From contig OZ241889.1 of NCBI GenBank assembly GCA_965203355.1, forward strand, positions 2,528,001 to 2,592,000: a stretch of DNA of 64,000 nt, read 5' to 3'. Shown here piece after piece: positions 58,761 to 64,000 of the stretch (position 1 is the stretch's first letter; the number at the start of each line of letters is the position of its first letter). This stretch comes from Candidatus Latescibacterota bacterium. Lineage in GTDB: Bacteria > Latescibacterota > UBA2968 > UBA8231. Below the pieces are notes generated by a model. That model did not search any database. It was not told the origin of the DNA and saw only the letters and a program-made list of their open reading frames with translations. The position numbers and the translations under genes are program-made.

Positions 58761-60041
58761 CTAAGTACCTTCAATGGCGCGTGCGGCGGCCGTGCCTTGC
58801 TCCTCGTCGACGAAGTAGAGCAAGGCTCCGCCCGCCACAAAGAGGATGACGATTGACAAGATGCCCAAGCGCGGGCTGCCGGTCAGCACCCCAATCCAGC
58901 CGACCAGCACCGGGCCGATGACCGCGGCGAACTTGCCCAGCATGTTGTAAAAGCCGAAAAATTCCGCGGCGCGATCGCGGGGAATGAGTCTTGAGTAGAG
59001 CGAGCGGCTCAGGGATTGGACCCCGCCTTGGACTAGGCCGATGGTGACGGCCAAGGCGTAAAATTCCCAGACGGCATCTAAAAAGTAGCCCCAGATCGTC
59101 GCCGCAATATAGACAGCCAAGCCGATGAAAATCCCCTTGCGCGTGCCGATCCGCTCGCCGAGCCAGCCAAAGGCCATGGCCGCGGGGAAGCCCACGAACT
59201 GGGTAATACCTAAAGCGAGGAGCAAGTCGTTGTCGGCAAGGCCCAGCGATAAGCCGTAGTCGATGGCCATGCGGATGATGGTATCGACGCCGTCGATGTA
59301 CAGCCAGTAGCTGATGAGAAAAACAAAGGTCGTGCGCAACTGCCGGATGTCGCGGCCGGTCGCGATGAGCCGTCGATAGCCGGCCAAGACCGCGTTCCAG
59401 CCGCGATGATCGCGCACGGGCGGCGATTCTTCGACCCACAAAAAGAGCGGCAATGAAAAGCCAGCCCACCAGATGGCAACTAGCAAAAAGGACGTGCGCA
59501 CGGCCTCGCTGGCATCGGCCAACCCAAAGGGCGCGGGATGGAGGACCATCACCACATTGAGCGCAAACAGCAAGCCGCCGCCGAGATAGCCGAGACTGTA
59601 TCCGAGCGCCGAGACCGAGTCGGACTTGTCGCGTCCGGCCACCTCCACGAGCAGCGCGTCGTAAAAGGTGTTGCTCCCTGAAAAGCCGATGGCGGCCAAG
59701 ACATAGACCACCACCGCCAACTCCCACGCGCCTTGGCCCACCAGGTAGAGGCACCCGGTGGCGAGGACGCCCAAGAAGGCGAAGGCAAACAGGAACTTGC
59801 GCCGGGTGCCGCCTTGGTCGGCAATAGCCCCTAAGAGCGGTGCTAGCAACACGACGATCAGGCTGCTGAGCGAGTTGGCCAACCCCAGTTGGAAGGTACT
59901 CTCGGTGACGTCGTGGCCGGTGCTCCAGTAGGATTTAAAAAACACCGGGAAGAAGGCGGCGATGACCGTGGTGGCAAAGGCCGAATTGGCCCAGTCGTAC
60001 CAGGCCCAAGCGATGATTGGTTTTTTGGCGTTGAGCGGCAT
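58761..60041 (-). CDS. MFS transporter (UMF1/Atg22-like)
   Basis: AWAWYDWANSAF, PLLGAIAD, FYDALL, GYLGGG, QSLSRSLYSRLIP...EFFGFY. Confidence 0.92.
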   Translation of the reverse strand: MPLNAKKPIIAWAWYDWANSAFATTVIAAFFPVFFKSYWSTGHDVTESTFQLGLANSLSSLIVVLLAPLLGAIADQGGTRRKFLFAFAFLGVLATGCLYLVGQGAWELAVVVYVLAAIGFSGSNTFYDALLVEVAGRDKSDSVSALGYSLGYLGGGLLFALNVVMVLHPAPFGLADASEAVRTSFLLVAIWWAGFSLPLFLWVEESPPVRDHRGWNAVLAGYRRLIATGRDIRQLRTTFVFLISYWLYIDGVDTIIRMAIDYGLSLGLADNDLLLALGITQFVGFPAAMAFGWLGERIGTRKGIFIGLAVYIAATIWGYFLDAVWEFYALAVTIGLVQGGVQSLSRSLYSRLIPRDRAAEFFGFYNMLGKFAAVIGPVLVGWIGVLTGSPRLGILSIVILFVAGGALLYFVDEEQGTAAARAIEGT

Positions 60042-60154
60042 GATATTGATTGGGTGTGAGAAAACCGCGCGCATAACATAAGGCAAAAAGGGCGTGGTTG
60101 CCGCTGGCATCTTTTATGAATAGCCTAGGAAGGCTCTACAAAGGACGATTTCTC

Positions 60155-61174
60155 ATGACCGACAAATGGCTGCGCTTTGACGCGGCGACGAATCCGTATG
60201 GGCCGTCGCCCCAGGTCCGGGAGGCGATGGCTGCCTTTGCCCGCACTGGCGACTTTAGCCGCTACAGCGACGAGGAACGCGCCGAGTCGCTGCGCGAGGA
60301 TTTGGCGGCGCATTGGGGGCTTTCGCCCGATCACTTCATAGTGTACAACGGGTCTGGGGAGGCGGTAGTATGGCTTTTTTTGGCGCGGTTGCTGTTAGAG
60401 CGGCAGGGCTTGCTCATTCCGTTTCCGTCGTACGAGCGCTTTGTGGCGCTGGGGCAGCGGTGCGCGGCCGAAGTGATCGCGGTGCCCTTACACGAGCAGG
60501 ACTTTGCGCTGGTGCCCGAGCGTTTTATCGCCGCGGGTCGGCAGTCGGGGGCGCGCGTGTTGCTGCTGAGCAGCCCCAACAATCCCACGGGCAATCTCCT
60601 ATGCGGCCAAGCGGAACTGGCGCGTTTGCTCGACGAACTGCCCGACTGCCTGTGCATCATCGACGAAGCCTACGCCGATTATGCCGGCCATAGCTGCGTA
60701 CCTTGGGTGCGAGAGCACGCAAACTTGGTGGTACTGCGGACCTTTTCCAAAGCATACGGCATGGCGGGTTTGCGCGTTGGCTACGCCATTGGGCCTAAGC
60801 CGGTTGTCGCGGCGCTCGGTCAGATGCAGGTTCCGTGGGCGGTCAATGCGCTGTCGTTGGTGGCGGCGCAGGCCGCGCTAGCGGACCAGCGCTATTTGCA
60901 GGAAGTCGTCGCTCAGATCCGCAGCGATTGTCAGTCGCTCTATGCAGGGCTAAACGAGCGTCCGTGGTTGCGGGCCTATCCGAGCGCGGCGAATTTCTTT
61001 TGGCTGCGCTGCGAGGGGATTGGGCCGGAGCGGCTGCGGCTGGGTCTGGAGGAGCGCCGGATCCGCGTGCGCTGGCGGCAAGACGCGCCCGGCTTTGTGC
61101 GACTGACCTCGTTGCGTCCCCAAGACAACGAGTATTTATTGACCGCACTCGATGCGATCAGGCCATTAGACTAA
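60155..61174 (+). CDS. hisC: histidinol-phosphate aminotransferase family (class II PLP enzyme)
   Basis: NPYGPSP, NGSGE, SPNNPTG, IDEAY, RTFSKAYGMAGLRVGY; exact substrate uncertain. Confidence 0.75.
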   Translation: MTDKWLRFDAATNPYGPSPQVREAMAAFARTGDFSRYSDEERAESLREDLAAHWGLSPDHFIVYNGSGEAVVWLFLARLLLERQGLLIPFPSYERFVALGQRCAAEVIAVPLHEQDFALVPERFIAAGRQSGARVLLLSSPNNPTGNLLCGQAELARLLDELPDCLCIIDEAYADYAGHSCVPWVREHANLVVLRTFSKAYGMAGLRVGYAIGPKPVVAALGQMQVPWAVNALSLVAAQAALADQRYLQEVVAQIRSDCQSLYAGLNERPWLRAYPSAANFFWLRCEGIGPERLRLGLEERRIRVRWRQDAPGFVRLTSLRPQDNEYLLTALDAIRPLD

Positions 61175-61189
61175 CCCAAGAGGAGCGTT

Positions 61190-62170
61190 ATGGAATACCG
61201 CAATTTAGGCAAGGCTGGCGTCAAGGTATCTAAGGTGTGCTTGGGCGCGGCATTTCGCGGCCAAGAGGACGAGCAGGTTTGCATTGAGGTGGTGCAGCGG
61301 GCCTTGGATTTGGGCTGCAATTTTATCGATACCGCGCTGTATGGACAGGGCCGCTCCGAACAGGTGGTGGGCAAAGCCATCAAGGGACGGCGCGAGGAGG
61401 TGGTGCTGACGACCAAAGTTTTTGGCACCTTGGGCACTAGCCCCAATCACGTGGGCCTGTCGCGGGTCAATCTGCTGCGGGGCATTGAGGCGTCGCTACA
61501 GCGGCTACAGACCGATTACGTCGATCTGTACCTGCTGCACTCCTTTGATCCGCACACGCCGCTGGAGGAGACCTTGGGGGCCCTCGACGACTTGGTGCGG
61601 CAGGGCAAGGTGCGCTATGTGGGGTGTTCTAACTTCCCGCCGTGGAAAATCGTCGAGGCCCTGTGGATTTCGCAGCGCGAGCACTTGGCTTCCTTTGCCT
61701 GTATCCAAAATCAGTACAATCTGCTCAATCGCTGGGAGATGGAACCGGAACTGATGCCCCTCTGCCGTCAGTTCGGTTTGGGCATTATGACCTACAGCCC
61801 GCTGGCCATCGGCCTGCTCTCCGGCCGCTTTCGCCGCGGGCAAGCACCGCCGCCGGGGACGCCGTGGAGCACGGACGAGTTGCGCGGCATGAGTCCGGGC
61901 AAATACAACTTTGCCGAGGCCATGACCGAGCGGGTCGATACCATCATTCAGACGCTGATCGACATTGGAGCACAGCACGGCAAGACCCCGGCGCAGGTGG
62001 CCATTGCTTGGATTTTAGATCACGACGAGATCAGTGCTCCCATTTTGGGTGCCGACGAGCCAGCGCACGTCGAAGAGATATGCGCGGGTTTGGACTGGTC
62101 TTTGGCCGCGGAAGAACGGGCTTTGTTGGACGAGGTATCCGAGGTAAAGAGGTCGCGGAAATACGCTTGA
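61190..62170 (+). CDS. aldo/keto reductase
   Basis: [59 protein letters not shown]. Confidence 0.95.
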   Translation: MEYRNLGKAGVKVSKVCLGAAFRGQEDEQVCIEVVQRALDLGCNFIDTALYGQGRSEQVVGKAIKGRREEVVLTTKVFGTLGTSPNHVGLSRVNLLRGIEASLQRLQTDYVDLYLLHSFDPHTPLEETLGALDDLVRQGKVRYVGCSNFPPWKIVEALWISQREHLASFACIQNQYNLLNRWEMEPELMPLCRQFGLGIMTYSPLAIGLLSGRFRRGQAPPPGTPWSTDELRGMSPGKYNFAEAMTERVDTIIQTLIDIGAQHGKTPAQVAIAWILDHDEISAPILGADEPAHVEEICAGLDWSLAAEERALLDEVSEVKRSRKYA

Positions 62171-62183
62171 AGGAGGTGCGCCC

Positions 62184-63125
62184 ATGCCCCAACGCAAACT
62201 GCCCATCGGCATTCAGACCTTCCGCGAGCTCCGTGAAGAGAACTACTACTACGTCGATAAGACCGCCTACATCGGCCGGCTGCTCGACGAGGGGAAGCAC
62301 TATTTCCTGTCGCGCCCGCGGCGTTTCGGCAAGAGCCTGTTCTTGGATACGTGCAAGGAACTGTTCGAGGGCAATGAGTCGCTCTTCGCGGGACTTTACA
62401 TCCACGACCGCTGGGATTGGTCGGTTTGCCGTCCCGTCCTGCGGCTCAGCCTGTACCAGCGCCGCGTTAGTTCCCTGGAGCTCGGTGAGATGTTCGGCAG
62501 CGACGAACTGCTATCGACCTTCGACATCGATCATATCGCGACCGAGGCCCTGCTGTTCCAGACCGGCTACCTGACGATAACAGACGAGGAGGACGTTGGC
62601 GGCAGAGTCCTCTATCGCCTCGGCTATCCCAACCGGGAGGTGCGACAGAGTCTCAACGAGAGCCTGCTGCGCTACTTGGTGCAGGATTCGACGCGACAGA
62701 TGGCCAACAGCGTACGGCTCTACCGGCTGTTGGAGGCCCGCGACTTCGCCGGGCTGGAGATGCTATTCCACGCCTTTTTCGCCAGCATTCCCTATGCGTG
62801 GTACACCAACAATGACATGGCGCATTACGAGGGGTACTATGCGAGTGTATTTTACTCGTATTTCGCCGCGTTGGGGCTGGATGTTCGGGTGGAGGATAGT
62901 ACCAGTCAAGGACGGCTGGATATGGCGGTTTTATTCGACAGCACCGTCTATTTGTTCGAGTTCAAGGTGGTCGAGCTGTCGTCGGCGGGGGCGGCGTTGG
63001 GGCCGTTGAAGGAGCGGGGGTATGCGGATAAGTATCGGGGGCTGGGGCAACCTATTTACTTGATCGGCGTGGAGTTTAGCCGGGATACGCGCAATGTGGC
63101 CGGGTTTGGGGTGGAGCCAGCGTGA
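62184..63125 (+). pseudogene. AAA-ATPase-like / PD-(D/E)xK (DUF1703) protein with a large in-frame internal deletion
   Basis: [23 protein letters not shown] (Walker A), then a jump near 62450 to [24 protein letters not shown]...FEFK; Walker B (LIDEYD) region absent; only 313 aa. Confidence 0.7.
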
Positions 63126-63141
63126 AGCGCGGCCGGTGGTT

Positions 63142-63369
63142 ATGCTAAACGAGCTACGCAAAATCCGCTACGCCCGCTTCCGCTTGGAGATGACCGCGGT
63201 GAGCCGATTGAAGTTGCCCCCTTACAAGGGTTCCACCTTTAGGGGGGCCTTTGGCCATACCTTCAAACGGCTGGTTTGCGTCAAGCGCGACCTGGACTGT
63301 TCCACCTGTCTGATCAGCGATCGATGCGTGTATTACTTCAGAATGTTGACCCGATTTGTAGGGGATTGA
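63142..63369 (+). pseudogene. cas6: truncated Cas6 (RAMP crRNA-processing endoribonuclease), N-terminal fragment
   Basis: LPPYKGSTFRGAFGHTFKRLVC..C..C..CVY N-terminal motif of the Cys-cluster Cas6 family; breaks off after about 64 codons into a CRISPR repeat; no C-terminal G-rich loop. Confidence 0.75.
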
Positions 63370-63372
63370 AAC
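63336..63372 (+). CRISPR. single orphan CRISPR direct repeat (37 nt)
   Basis: CTTCAGAATGTTGACCCGATTTGTAGGGGATTGAAAC: typical length, CCC/GGG hairpin and 3' ATTGAAAC handle; abuts the cas6 fragment; no second copy seen. Confidence 0.7.
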
Positions 63373-63764
63373 TCCTTATTCGCGGCAAATCCTGGAAAGG
63401 ACAGTTGGCCCAAAGCCAACAAGCTCACTCTGAGCCTTCTACATAGGGCTATTTAGCCCTACCGCACCTAAACCTGAGCAGTTGATTCTATGAGCACGTC
63501 TCGCCAAGGTGGCTAGTGGAATTAGCAAAGCGAGATGTCGGCCTTGTTTGCCGAAGGCGCGACGGTCGCCTTGCAATTACCACAGATCGCCAACGACCAC
63601 CACCGCACGGGATAGCACATCAGCGTCAATGGCGGCGACCACACCGCGTCCTATCATTTAGAGTTAGACACCCAGTCTAACAGCTTCTATATTAGGAAGA
63701 TAGGCCCTTCTGGAATGTGGGGATCGCTTCTATTGGTCTAAACGACCTTACTTAACGAAAATCA

Positions 63765-64000
63765 ATGAAGTACTTGCTCACCGGGGGCGGCACAGGTGGC
63801 CACGTGTACCCGGCCTTGGCCATTGCCAACGAAATTCGGCAGACGAGAGCAGACGCCGAATTCCTCTACGTCGGCCACCGGGACAGGCTGGATGCGTGGG
63901 TCGTGCCCGAGCAGGGGTACCGCATCCGCTTTGTGCGTGCTCGTTCCTTCCCGCGCACTCGTTCTCTTGGGCCCCTGCTGGGATTTGCCATCGCACTCGC
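63765..64000 (+). CDS. murG: MurG-type GT28 glycosyltransferase, partial (runs off the window)
   Basis: MKYLLTGGGTGGHVYPALAIA...FLYVG; missing from the ORF track because it has no stop in the window. Confidence 0.88.
   Translation, partial: MKYLLTGGGTGGHVYPALAIANEIRQTRADAEFLYVGHRDRLDAWVVPEQGYRIRFVRARSFPRTRSLGPLLGFAIAL

Noticed and set aside
63373-63764. Further CRISPR repeats or a small gene after the orphan repeat
   Set aside because: No second ATTGAAAC-ending copy; GTTGGCCCAAAGCCAAC is only a short hairpin with weak similarity; no convincing ORF

Overview
A 64 kb, GC-rich (>60% by eye), gene-dense bacterial chromosome segment. Two secreted proteins end in an 'NxPNPFN...TRKLxLL' FlgD/T9SS-type tail, and the window holds a sulfatase, two Gfo/Idh/MocA enzymes and a PhyH enzyme. 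This suggests an FCB-superphylum organism such as Latescibacterota or Gemmatimonadota (inference only). Most genes are housekeeping or metabolic: rnhA, lpdA, PBP1A, CCA-adding enzyme, yitJ-like, fumarase, hom-apgM-asd and partial murG. Highlights: (1) an ECF sigma / membrane anti-sigma-like / exported caspase operon in which the anti-sigma linker (TRSKG) and the caspase post-catalytic loop (TRIKG) share a motif, suggesting a protease-triggered trans-envelope signalling system; (2) an AT-rich type II R-M cassette with a circularly permuted C5-MTase (BssHII-like), inserted without an integrase into the hom-apgM-asd operon between 122-bp direct repeats, with the breakpoint inside a GCGCGC site; (3) a selenocysteine formate dehydrogenase (in-frame UGA plus SECIS) that the ORF track splits in two; (4) a ~1720-aa exonuclease-RecQ-UvrD fusion; (5) an XPB-DUF790/Bax1 pair; (6) a truncated cas6 fused to one orphan 37-nt CRISPR repeat, plus several other deletion remnants. 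All family assignments come from motif recognition by eye; no searches were run.
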